The translations under genes were made by a program, and so were the position numbers. Below the pieces are notes generated by a model. It was given only the letters and a program-made list of their open reading frames with translations. It did not search any database and had not been told where the DNA came from. This document shows positions 17,300 to 25,664 of a stretch of 64,000 nt of DNA, in pieces (position 1 is the first letter of the stretch; the number at the start of each line of letters is the position of its first letter). The DNA comes from Candidatus Omnitrophota bacterium. GTDB taxonomy: Bacteria; Omnitrophota; Gorgyraeia; JACQQV01. The stretch is from assembly GCA_016206785.1 (NCBI GenBank), contig JACQQV010000039.1, positions 5,978 through 69,977 of the forward strand, given 5' to 3'.

Positions 17300-18331
17300 T
17301 TATTTCTCAGTTGTTTTCTGCTGTATCATCCATTGTTTTTCTAAAAAGGCGTTCAATTTTTCACGGCTGTCATCCGCCATCGACACAAAAGAGATCCCAA
17401 CGCACTCCATGTGGCTTGCGTTCTGGAGATGTTGCCAAACCACTTCTCCGAGGATACGAAGGGGATCGGAGTGAAAAGGCACCTTGAGGCTTAACTGAAA
17501 GAAAGTGGGCAGCGCCTCTGAAGGAGGCCGTTCGATACAAAGACCCCCTGGGGAAATATTCAAAATACGGGCCTTTGTTTTCGTGGTCCGTTGATAAACA
17601 GTTCCGAGTTCCAAAGAAGGGCGGTCCTCAAAAGGAAGGGCATCACAGACAAGACGCGGGTGTTGTCTTTTTTCCAAAAATCGTTCTTCACGAGGGAGAT
17701 GTCCCTGTTCTTGGAGGAAGGTTCCTTTGAGTTCCAAGAGCTTTTGTCCATCGATGAGTTCAATCGCTTCAGGCTCTGAAGTGGTATAGGCAGGATGTGA
17801 AAAGACACCGGTAACGAAGAAATAGCCACCGGTAGCTCCCCTTTTTTGCACCTTCTCGTTAAACTCCTGAATGTCCCGAGAGTCAAAAAATGTTCTCCGA
17901 TTGTCACAACGTACAAGATACCGTTTATGGCGGAGCTGGAAAGAGTCTCCCGTTCCTTCGATTTGAATGCTTGGCCACATCTTCTCGAAAATCCGAAGGC
18001 AAAGTTTTGAAAAATCTTCCTCCTTCATTTCTCTCAACTCTTCAAGGCCCACCCCCTCCACTTTTTTCGACAGCGGGAGATCGCTTTTCTCAGAAGTCTG
18101 AGGAACTGTCCGACGGGATTCCTTCTTCCATAGAAAGCCTGTCCCCATGGGAAGGAAGATCCATGAAAGGAGAGTGAGGAGAAGGGCAAGGACCCTCACG
18201 TGAAGGGGGTAATGGCTTGCTGCGATATTGGCGATAAAAAGGAGGGAGAGAGGAGCCAAAGAAATCCATGCCACTGTAATCACGACGCCCATAGTCAGAA
18301 AATTCTTTCTCAAGAAACGCTTCCCTTCCAA
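17300..18331 (-). CDS. Two-TM protein with degenerate Mrr-like domain and C-terminal PilZ
   Basis: Two TMs; Mrr_cat-like DIQEF..GYFFVTGVFS.PA..IELIDGQKLLEL; PilZ KRQHPR and NISPGG. Confidence 0.75.
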   Translation of the reverse strand: MEGKRFLRKNFLTMGVVITVAWISLAPLSLLFIANIAASHYPLHVRVLALLLTLLSWIFLPMGTGFLWKKESRRTVPQTSEKSDLPLSKKVEGVGLEELREMKEEDFSKLCLRIFEKMWPSIQIEGTGDSFQLRHKRYLVRCDNRRTFFDSRDIQEFNEKVQKRGATGGYFFVTGVFSHPAYTTSEPEAIELIDGQKLLELKGTFLQEQGHLPREERFLEKRQHPRLVCDALPFEDRPSLELGTVYQRTTKTKARILNISPGGLCIERPPSEALPTFFQLSLKVPFHSDPLRILGEVVWQHLQNASHMECVGISFVSMADDSREKLNAFLEKQWMIQQKTTEK

Positions 18332-18714
18332 TTTTTGATATAAGAAACAATTTCTTCCAGGGGGGTCCCTGGGCCGAACAGCCTTCCAACACCCAGCTTG
18401 GAGAGTTTTTTTTGATCTGCTTCGGGAATGATCCCTCCTCCGGTCACCAACATCTCCTTGATTCCTTTTTCTTTCAAAAGCTTCATCATCTTTCGGAACA
18501 CGGTCATATGGGATCCTGTAAGAACACTCACGGCGATGACGTTTGCCTTCTTTTGAATCGCTGCGTTGACGATCATTTCGGGTGTTTGCCGGAGCCCCAG
18601 ATAGATAACGTCCATCCCCCCCTCTTTGAGGGCAGAGGCGACGATCTGAATTCCTCGATCATGTCCGTCTAGACCCGGCTTTGCCAATACAATTTTTTTC
18701 TTTTTTTTCATCAT
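18310..18714 (-). CDS. Acyl-CoA mutase small (B12-binding) subunit
   Basis: KPGLDGHDRG (DxHxxG), S.L.GSH, GGIIP, FGPGT. Confidence 0.93.
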   Translation of the reverse strand: MMKKKKKIVLAKPGLDGHDRGIQIVASALKEGGMDVIYLGLRQTPEMIVNAAIQKKANVIAVSVLTGSHMTVFRKMMKLLKEKGIKEMLVTGGGIIPEADQKKLSKLGVGRLFGPGTPLEEIVSYIKNWKGSVS

Positions 18715-18715
18715 C

Positions 18716-20284
18716 TCAAAAAATCGGTTTCTGGTGGTATTCGCCGAACACCCTCTTTAGTTTCTCGACGATTTCTCCCAAGGTGGCGTAGGCATGCGCC
18801 GCCTCAACGAGGCTCTCCATTAAATTTTCCTCGGTTTTCGCAGCCTCTCCAAGGTGCTCAAGCGCTTGTCTGACTTTTTGGGGGCTTCTCATCTTGCGTA
18901 CCCGTTTAAGCCGCGCCACTTGCTTGCGTTCGATACCGGCTCCGATGGTGAGAAGTGGAATCTCGGATTCTTCCTTTTGAAGATAGGCATTCACCCCGAC
19001 GATAATTCTTTTCTTTTGCTCGATTTCCCGCTGATAGCACCTTGCGGCGTGGGCGATCTCCTTCTGGAAGAAACCCTGTTCCAGCGCAGGGACAACCCCT
19101 CCTTTTTCCTGAATACGTCGGAAATATTCTTCCGCTCTGTGTTCTAGACGGTCGGTCAGGCATTCAATCGCATAAGATCCTGCCAGCGGATCCACAATCT
19201 CCGTTATTCCGATCTCATGGAGAAGAATTTGTTGCGTACGAAGAGCGATACGGACCGCTTTTTCGGTAGGGAGTGCCAGTTGTTCATCCATCGAGTTGGT
19301 ATGGAGACTTTGCGTCCCACCCAGTACGGCGGAGAGGGCCTCATAGGCTGTGCGAACAATATTGTTTTCTGGTTGCTGGCGTGTGAGTGTACACCCTGCG
19401 GTTTGAGTGTGAAACCGCAAAAGCCAAGAACGTTTCTTTTTTGCCTTGTACTCGTTTCTCATCTTTTTCGCCCAAATCCTCCGTGCCGCTCGGAATTTCG
19501 CAATTTCTTCCAAGAAGTTTAAGTGGGCATTGAAGAAGAAGGAAAGGCGGGGGGCGAAATGGTCAACGGCCAATCCCCGCTTAAGACTTTCTTCCACGTA
19601 GGTAAAACCATCCGCGAGGGTAAACGCAAGTTCCTGAGCGGCCGTGGAACCCGCCTCACGGATATGGTACCCACTGATGCTGATGGTGTTCCAAAGGGGC
19701 AAGTGATGCGTGCAGTGTTCAATGACATCGACGACGAGTTTCAAGGAAGGCCTGGGTGGGAAGATCCATTCCCTCTGCGCAATGTATTCTTTAAGGATGT
19801 CGTTCTGAAGGGTACCTTTTAGACGGCGCAGAGAAGCCCCTTGTTTCTGAGCGCAGGCAATGTAAAAAGCAAGCATCACGATGGCGGGTCCATTAATGGT
19901 CATGGAGGTAGAGATGCGATCGAGAGATATTTTCTTAAAGAGATCTTCCATGTCTTGAAGGGTATCGATGGCCACCCCGCAACGTCCCACTTCTCCCTCG
20001 GCTCTGGGGCTATCGGAATCAACGCCCATGAGGGTAGGCATGTCAAATGCGACTGAGAGTCCCATCTGCCCTTCTGCGAGGAGAAGATGAAAGCGTTTGT
20101 TTGTTTCTTCTGCGGTTCCGAATCCAGCAAATTCCCGGATCGTCCATGGCTTTTGACGATACATCGTAGGGTGGATGCCCCGCGTAAAGGGAAAGGTCCC
20201 AGGATCCCCAAGGTGGTGTGCATAGCCTCTTTCCGGAAAGTCGTTCGGCGTGTAATAGGTTCTGTTTCTTCTGGAAGATGTCAT
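18716..20284 (-). CDS. Acyl-CoA mutase large subunit (isobutyryl-CoA mutase-type residues)
   Basis: PFTRG, WTIREFAGFG, GLSVAFD, QNDILKEYIAQ, SISGYHIREAG, GTQSLHTN. Confidence 0.9.
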   Translation of the reverse strand: MTSSRRNRTYYTPNDFPERGYAHHLGDPGTFPFTRGIHPTMYRQKPWTIREFAGFGTAEETNKRFHLLLAEGQMGLSVAFDMPTLMGVDSDSPRAEGEVGRCGVAIDTLQDMEDLFKKISLDRISTSMTINGPAIVMLAFYIACAQKQGASLRRLKGTLQNDILKEYIAQREWIFPPRPSLKLVVDVIEHCTHHLPLWNTISISGYHIREAGSTAAQELAFTLADGFTYVEESLKRGLAVDHFAPRLSFFFNAHLNFLEEIAKFRAARRIWAKKMRNEYKAKKKRSWLLRFHTQTAGCTLTRQQPENNIVRTAYEALSAVLGGTQSLHTNSMDEQLALPTEKAVRIALRTQQILLHEIGITEIVDPLAGSYAIECLTDRLEHRAEEYFRRIQEKGGVVPALEQGFFQKEIAHAARCYQREIEQKKRIIVGVNAYLQKEESEIPLLTIGAGIERKQVARLKRVRKMRSPQKVRQALEHLGEAAKTEENLMESLVEAAHAYATLGEIVEKLKRVFGEYHQKPIF

Positions 20285-20297
20285 GAGGAATTTTGTC

Positions 20298-20825
20298 TCA
20301 TGGGGGGAAAGAGGAAGGGGTTAAGAAAATAGAAAGACAAACCACCCCCAGTCCTCCCGCCCATGCATTGATCCAGATATCCCGTAAATCAAATACCCGG
20401 TTGGGAAGAAATCCTTGGAGGATTTCATCGACCACTCCGATTAAAAAAGTACCCACGAGAGTCAAACCATAACTCCAGGGGACCTTGACACTATGTCTCA
20501 AGAAGCGAAAGAGAAAGAAACTTAACAGGCCATACTCGATGAAGTGAATCCTCTCAACCGGTCGTTTCAGGCAAGACATGGAGACAAGAAAAATTCCTGC
20601 CAACATGAGAAAACTGAGGATTCGGAAGAATCTTCTGGGGAGATAACCCCAGCAGAGGAGGACCAGGAGGGATGAAATGAGATAAGGGAGAAAAGGGGAC
20701 CAAGAGAAACGTCGTTCCAAGAGGCTCCAAAGCGCTGGAACAAAAGGAGCACTTCCCCACAAAAGCAGTACATAACCGATGGCGAGGGCGCCATCATAAA
20801 GTTTCTGGGAAGTACTCTTTCTCAT
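20298..20825 (-). CDS. VanZ family membrane protein
   Basis: ERIHFIEYG.L, DEILQ.FLPNR.FD.RDI..N. Confidence 0.8.
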   Translation of the reverse strand: MRKSTSQKLYDGALAIGYVLLLWGSAPFVPALWSLLERRFSWSPFLPYLISSLLVLLCWGYLPRRFFRILSFLMLAGIFLVSMSCLKRPVERIHFIEYGLLSFFLFRFLRHSVKVPWSYGLTLVGTFLIGVVDEILQGFLPNRVFDLRDIWINAWAGGLGVVCLSIFLTPSSFPP

Positions 20826-20894
20826 TGCTATAACAATAACACAAATTCAAGGTTACGTCAATCGAAGAACCCAGTTCACGGAAAGGCGATGGGC

Positions 20895-21653
20895 CTATTG
20901 AAGCGCGGGCATTTTAAAAGAAGGGTCTCTCTTCTTTATTTGTTGTGCAATTTCAAAAAGCTTTTCTTGGAGAAGGGCATCGCCTGTTTTAAGATAAGCC
21001 GAATAGGTATCCAAGAAAAGATCCTGTATTTCTCTGAGACGAAGGACCCCTTCAAAGCTGTCAAGATCTTTCAAAAAACGGGTAAAATTCTCCTCTTGTG
21101 TTTTAAGGAAATTGAGGTAAGCCTCCCGGACGTTTAAAAGGATCTGCTGGTACTGATTAAAGAAGTGAGAAAGCTTGCTTAAGATGATCCCTAGGGCGGT
21201 GACTTTTCGGTGGAGAAGTCTATCGTACTCAGAGGCGAACTGGTAATACGTTTTCGCATAGCCTTCATAGGCACTCTGCGATTTCTCGAAAAAGGCGCTT
21301 TCCCCTCTTCCCTCCCCCCCGAGATTTTTAAAAATGCTGAGGAGGAGAAGGAGATGATCCGCATTCGTCTTGTAGACGAGATACTTGAAGTAGTTGTCTT
21401 GAGAATCCTCAACCATTTTGAAAACATCGGTGTTCCGAAGGGAAGCTAAATGTCGGATTCTTTCATTGAAGGAAGGATAGCTTGCTTCGAGGAGAAGGAA
21501 GGCAAGATAAATATTAACGTCCTCATCGGAGTGATGAGGATCTTCTTTCATCCCCAATTCAATGCGGGATTTTAGGACACTCTCCACAAGAAATCCCAAC
21601 ACAGATTCCTTTTTTTCATCGCTGAGATTAAAATAAAAGGGCTGGAGTTCCAT
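20895..21653 (-). CDS. Conserved hypothetical protein
   Basis: 252 aa ORF with AAGGAGGG SD and its own consensus promoter. Confidence 0.75.
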   Translation of the reverse strand: MELQPFYFNLSDEKKESVLGFLVESVLKSRIELGMKEDPHHSDEDVNIYLAFLLLEASYPSFNERIRHLASLRNTDVFKMVEDSQDNYFKYLVYKTNADHLLLLLSIFKNLGGEGRGESAFFEKSQSAYEGYAKTYYQFASEYDRLLHRKVTALGIILSKLSHFFNQYQQILLNVREAYLNFLKTQEENFTRFLKDLDSFEGVLRLREIQDLFLDTYSAYLKTGDALLQEKLFEIAQQIKKRDPSFKMPALQ

Positions 21654-21671
21654 TCACCCTCCTTCAGGCAC

Positions 21672-21704
21672 AAAAAAATCGGGATGGCCACTTGGCATCC
21701 CGAT
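21672..21704 (-). terminator. Terminator-like hairpin in the leader of the 252-aa gene
   Basis: AUCGGGAUG...CAUCCCGAU followed by a U-run. Confidence 0.7.
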
Positions 21705-21720
21705 CGACTACCCAGATACA

Positions 21721-21749
21721 ATTATACCTGAAAAGGGTTGTTTTGTCAA
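21721..21749 (-). promoter_or_regulatory. Consensus sigma70 promoter
   Basis: TTGACA-17-TATAAT. Confidence 0.8.
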
Positions 21750-21791
21750 TGCTTCAAAGACAGAAAGGTCCGAACGACTTCCGAAGGGAGC

Positions 21792-21899
21792 TTAGACGCC
21801 GAGAAAGGCTCTCACCACGGTGGTCAGAACGAGTCCGATGACCATTCCGATGAGAAGGTTAAGGGTACTGGCAATATCAAAAATGGGGAATCGGTCCAC
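21792..21899 (-). CDS. 35-aa single-TM small protein (not in ORF track)
   Basis: AAGGAG SD plus GTG; MDRFPIFDIASTLNLLIGMVIGLVLTTVVRAFLGV; promoter TTGACT-17-CATAAT at 21921-21949. Confidence 0.65.
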   Translation of the reverse strand: MDRFPIFDIASTLNLLIGMVIGLVLTTVVRAFLGV

Positions 21900-21950
21900 A
21901 GGTTTTTCTCCTTGTGAACCATTATGGGATAGCGACGAGAGAAAGTCAAG

Positions 21951-21982
21951 AAAAAAAAGGCCGCCCTTCATCAGGGCGGCCT
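21951..21982 (-). terminator. Intrinsic terminator after the 49-aa gene
   Basis: AGGCCGCCCU GAUGA AGGGCGGCCU followed by a U-run. Confidence 0.85.
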
Positions 21983-22010
21983 CGTATGCTTCTTGGAGAG
22001 CCTAGTGGAT

Positions 22011-22160
22011 TTACTTGGCCAATTTCGCAAAGACCACTAGGATCGTTAGGATCGCGACCAGCGGCATATGGGCTGCAAGGTATCCACTATAATGTAGCCC
22101 CAAAAAGACGCCGATGACGATCCCTGGGAGAAGATCTTTGATTTTATCAAAAACTTTCAT
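22011..22160 (-). CDS. 49-aa two-TM small protein (not in ORF track)
   Basis: AAGGGGGTG SD plus ATG; MKVFDKIKDLLPGIVIGVFLGLHYSGYLAAHMPLVAILTILVVFAKLAK; own promoter and terminator. Confidence 0.75.
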   Translation of the reverse strand: MKVFDKIKDLLPGIVIGVFLGLHYSGYLAAHMPLVAILTILVVFAKLAK

Positions 22161-22237
22161 TGTTTTCACCCCCTTAAGAAGGCAGCATCACTGGTGGATC
22201 AGCCCACCCCTTAAGAGCTTTAGCCTTTTGAGCCTTC

Positions 22238-22274
22238 TGTGGATAAGTATACCATACTAACAATAAAAAGTCAA
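22238..22274 (-). promoter_or_regulatory. Promoter TTGACT-17-TATACT with a DnaA box overlapping the -10/TSS
   Basis: -35 at 22269-22274, -10 at 22246-22251; TTATCCACA at 22238-22246 on the minus strand. Confidence 0.65.
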
Positions 22275-22388
22275 TATTTTATGACGTATCTTAATGTGAT
22301 ATAATTAGTTATAAGAATTTTAAGAGTGAAAATTTGACTCAATTGACGTTCAATTTTGTACATTTAAAAGAAAACAAATTTGTACACT

Positions 22389-22613
22389 CTATTTCCTCTT
22401 ATCCATCCTTCTGAGCTCCCAAACCTCCCTATCGATGAGGTGGGCCACTCTGTCAATCTCTCGAATCGCCTTTTCGAGGATCTTCCGGAAGTGGCTTGCC
22501 CCCCGGTGCCTTTCCTCGATTTCTACCAGCCTCGCGGCGATTTCGATAAGGGTCAGATACATCCCCTTCATCTCCATCGCTTCCCGAAGATTCCTGCTTT
22601 TCTTTTTTTTCAT
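22389..22613 (-). CDS. Small basic helical hypothetical protein
   Basis: 74 aa ORF starting immediately after the HIT gene stop. Confidence 0.55.
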   Translation of the reverse strand: MKKKKSRNLREAMEMKGMYLTLIEIAARLVEIEERHRGASHFRKILEKAIREIDRVAHLIDREVWELRRMDKRK

Positions 22614-22614
22614 T

Positions 22615-22959
22615 TTAACCCGGTGGCCAACGGAAGGATCTTCCGCCGAGAAGGTGGAGATGGAGATGGAACACGGTTTGACCCCCTTCCCGATTGCAGT
22701 TAATGACGAAACGGTATCCCCTTTCGGAAACTCCCTCTTTCTGGGCGAGCCGGTTTCCTACGAGGGCCATTTCTCCGAGCAGAGAGGCGTTTTTTTCCGT
22801 GATTTCCGAAACTCTTTCGATATGTTCTCTTGGGATGATAATCGTATGGACGGGGGCCTGCGGGTTAATGTCTTTGAAAGCGAGGATTGATGCGTCCTCA
22901 TAGACGAGGGTGCTCGGAATCTCCTTCTTTGCAATCTTACAAAAAAGGCAGTTTTCCAT
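22615..22959 (-). CDS. hinT: Histidine triad nucleotide-binding protein (Hint)
   Basis: CLFCKI, AFKDINPQAP.H, GQTVFHLHLHLLGGR..WPPG. Confidence 0.93.
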   Translation of the reverse strand: MENCLFCKIAKKEIPSTLVYEDASILAFKDINPQAPVHTIIIPREHIERVSEITEKNASLLGEMALVGNRLAQKEGVSERGYRFVINCNREGGQTVFHLHLHLLGGRSFRWPPG

Positions 22960-23028
22960 CGTTTTCAGCATACCAACCAAAAGATCGTTTTACAAGGACT
23001 TTGTTTTGGCGTATAATTAGGACTTAAG

Positions 23029-23853
23029 ATGGCAATCTATCAGGAATTCTATGGGCTCAAAGAAGCCCCCTTTAATGTCACCAGCGACCCCAACTTTCTC
23101 TTTTTTTCCCAGCACCATAAAGAAGCTTACTCCCATTTCCTTTATGGTCTTAAAGAACGGAAGGGATTCCTTCAGATTACAGGAGAAGTCGGGACAGGAA
23201 AGACGACCCTTTGTCGTGCCCTTTTGGATTCTATAGATCATAACAGTACGAAGACCGCCTTTATCTTAAACCCCAACCTCTCAGCCCTGCAACTCCTCAA
23301 GGCCATTGTCACCGATTTCGGCATCGCATCCAAGCATCGGACGCGGATGGAACTCATGGAAGACCTCAATCAGTTTTTGATTGGACAACTCACCGTAGAC
23401 CGCAACGTTGTTTTGATTATCGATGAGGCGCAGAACCTGAGTCTGGACGTTTTGGAACAGGTGCGTATGCTCTCCAACCTTGAGACGCGAAAAGAAAAAT
23501 TGATTCAGATCGCTCTTGTAGGGCAGCCGCAACTCCGGGAGAAACTGGAACATCCTTCCCTGCGCCAACTCAAACAACGGATCGGGGTCCGTTACCACAT
23601 CTATCCTCTCGATAAGGAAGAGGTGGAACACTATATCCGCCACCGCCTTCGGGTCGCAGGTTCAAACGGGAAGATTGTCTTTGCCCCTAAGGCGATCGAA
23701 CACATTTACCGCTACTCGGGAGGGGTTCCCCGTCTGATTAATCTCGTCTGTGACAAAGCGCTTCTTGCCGGGTATGTTTACGAAACGTATACGATTACGC
23801 CGGAAATGACAAAACGTTGCATTCAGGAGCTTGAACGTCCTTCCCCGTCATGA
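23029..23853 (+). CDS. ExeA/GspA-family AAA ATPase
   Basis: Y..FYGL.E.PF, GEVGTGKT, IIDEAQNL, GQPQL, LKQRI, GVPRLIN..CD.ALL. Confidence 0.9.
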   Translation: MAIYQEFYGLKEAPFNVTSDPNFLFFSQHHKEAYSHFLYGLKERKGFLQITGEVGTGKTTLCRALLDSIDHNSTKTAFILNPNLSALQLLKAIVTDFGIASKHRTRMELMEDLNQFLIGQLTVDRNVVLIIDEAQNLSLDVLEQVRMLSNLETRKEKLIQIALVGQPQLREKLEHPSLRQLKQRIGVRYHIYPLDKEEVEHYIRHRLRVAGSNGKIVFAPKAIEHIYRYSGGVPRLINLVCDKALLAGYVYETYTITPEMTKRCIQELERPSPS

Positions 23854-24350
23854 GTCTCATCAATGAGGCATTAAAAAAGGCAGAAAAAGAAAAAGCGAAA
23901 CCGAACCTCTTCGGGGTTCAGTCCTTTGAGGAACCTCTTTCCAAAAAACCGAAAAAATGGAAGAAGGGACTCTTTCTTTTACTTGGCATAGGGATATGCG
24001 GTGCTTTATCCGTGGGAGTCTTTGTCCTGAACGCGCCAAAGAAAACTTCTCTTGTCAAGAATGAACCTTCTCCCGTCACACCGGTCGCTCCCGCTGAACA
24101 AAAAGTGTCGGAGGAACCTTCCCCTCCGCCTGCGCCAACACCCACTCCCCTCCGCTCCATTCCTATCGCGATGGATGGTTCATTCATCTTGAACGGGATT
24201 GTAGAGGGAAAAGGGGAAAACGTTGCGATCATCAACAATAGGATCACTCGGGTAGGAGATGAAACGGACGGCGCAGTCCTTCTGGAGGTGGGAAAAGATT
24301 CTGTCTTGCTTAAGAAGGAAGGAAAAAAGTTCTTTCTGAAGATGAGATAA
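23850..24350 (+). CDS. ExeB/GspB-like membrane protein
   Basis: MSLINEALKKAE start, TM, Pro-rich linker, C-terminal LNGI...AIINN...GD domain; coupled to the exeA-like gene. Confidence 0.75.
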   Translation: MSLINEALKKAEKEKAKPNLFGVQSFEEPLSKKPKKWKKGLFLLLGIGICGALSVGVFVLNAPKKTSLVKNEPSPVTPVAPAEQKVSEEPSPPPAPTPTPLRSIPIAMDGSFILNGIVEGKGENVAIINNRITRVGDETDGAVLLEVGKDSVLLKKEGKKFFLKMR

Positions 24351-24806
24351 TCAGAGGGAAAGGGAGAAATGGATCATTTCGACCTCTCCGAAGCGTAGTT
24401 TTTCGACCTCCGAAAATCCTTTCCGCCGGATAAGACCCATCGCCGCTGCCATCCCTACAGTACCACGAAAGATTACTTTTTTATAGCCTTTCTGCTTGCA
24501 AAAGGCGAGGGCCTGATCGACAAGTTGCGAGCCGTACTTTTTCCCGCGATGGGCAGGATCCACGAAAAGACGCCTCAAGAGGGCTGTATCGCGGTCGTCT
24601 TCTTTAACGGCGGCAGTTCCCACGATGCGATAGTCCACTTCTCCGACGAGAAAGATGTTTCGGTTCCCGCTGTAAACCTCTGAAATCATGTCTAGGTCTG
24701 TCTCAGAGTAGGCCTTCTTCTCAAGGAAAAACTCTTCGTCCAGAATCGTAGTAATGAGTTGTCTGACCGCGTCCTCATCTCCCTTACGAAACGGTCGTAC
24801 GTTCAT
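24351..24806 (-). CDS. GNAT acetyltransferase
   Basis: LRRLFVDPAHRGKKYG motif A. Confidence 0.85.
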   Translation of the reverse strand: MNVRPFRKGDEDAVRQLITTILDEEFFLEKKAYSETDLDMISEVYSGNRNIFLVGEVDYRIVGTAAVKEDDRDTALLRRLFVDPAHRGKKYGSQLVDQALAFCKQKGYKKVIFRGTVGMAAAMGLIRRKGFSEVEKLRFGEVEMIHFSLSL

Positions 24807-25651
24807 GAGCGGTCTCGCTCCATCGCTTCAAGCCGCTTGACCCTCTCGGCCATAGGAGGATGGGTGCTGAAAAGACTCAAGATCCCTCCTCCTTTAAGGG
24901 GGTTCACAATAAACAGATGGGCTGCGTGAGGACTGCTGGAAAGAGCTCCCTTTGGGAAAGAGTCAAGTTTGCGTAACGCATTTGCCAGAGCCATCGGTTT
25001 ATTGGAGAGAAGGGCTCCCCCTCGATCAGCCGCAAATTCGCGGGAGCGGGAAATGGCGAATTGGACCAAAAGGGCTGCGAAAGGAGCGAGGAAAGCGACG
25101 AGGAGAAGTCCCAGACCTCCCCCCCTATCGTCTCTGCGACGGTCCTGAGGAGAGAGGAGAAGTCCCCATTGTGCCCATCTCGCCAAGGTCATGATCGCAC
25201 CTGCCAATGTTGCAGCAATGCTGGAAATCAAGGTATCCCGGTGCCGGACATGGGAGAGTTCGTGGGCAAGAACCCCCTCTAATTCTTCGTCGTCGACAAC
25301 ACGTAAAATTCCTTCGGTCACACAGACCGCCGCATGGTGTGGCGAACGTCCTGTCGCGAACGCGTTCGGCCCTTGTTGAGGAGCGAGGTATACTTTGGGC
25401 ATCGGCATGGAGGCCTTCTGAGTGAGGCGTTCAATGATCTCAAAGAGCTCGGGGGACTCTTCTCTGGAAAGTTCTCGGGCACCCATCATCATGAGGACCA
25501 ACTTATCACTAAACCAATAGGCTCCGAAATTCATGAGGGCCGCCAGGCCAAAAGCTGCTACCGCTCCTCCATGGCCTCCAACGGCACTTCCGATGAAAAC
25601 GAAAAGGAGCGTTAGCATTGTGAGAAGAAACGTTGTCTTAAGGATGTTCAT
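24803..25651 (-). CDS. htpX: Zinc metalloprotease HtpX
   Basis: PNAFATGR, HELSH, SRSREF.AD, LFSTHPP. Confidence 0.93.
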   Translation of the reverse strand: MNILKTTFLLTMLTLLFVFIGSAVGGHGGAVAAFGLAALMNFGAYWFSDKLVLMMMGARELSREESPELFEIIERLTQKASMPMPKVYLAPQQGPNAFATGRSPHHAAVCVTEGILRVVDDEELEGVLAHELSHVRHRDTLISSIAATLAGAIMTLARWAQWGLLLSPQDRRRDDRGGGLGLLLVAFLAPFAALLVQFAISRSREFAADRGGALLSNKPMALANALRKLDSFPKGALSSSPHAAHLFIVNPLKGGGILSLFSTHPPMAERVKRLEAMERDRS

Positions 25652-25664
25652 GGTAATCCTCCCC

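Noticed and set aside
22238-22388. Replication origin
   Set aside because: Only one consensus DnaA box, no dnaA/dnaN nearby, and gene orientation does not switch
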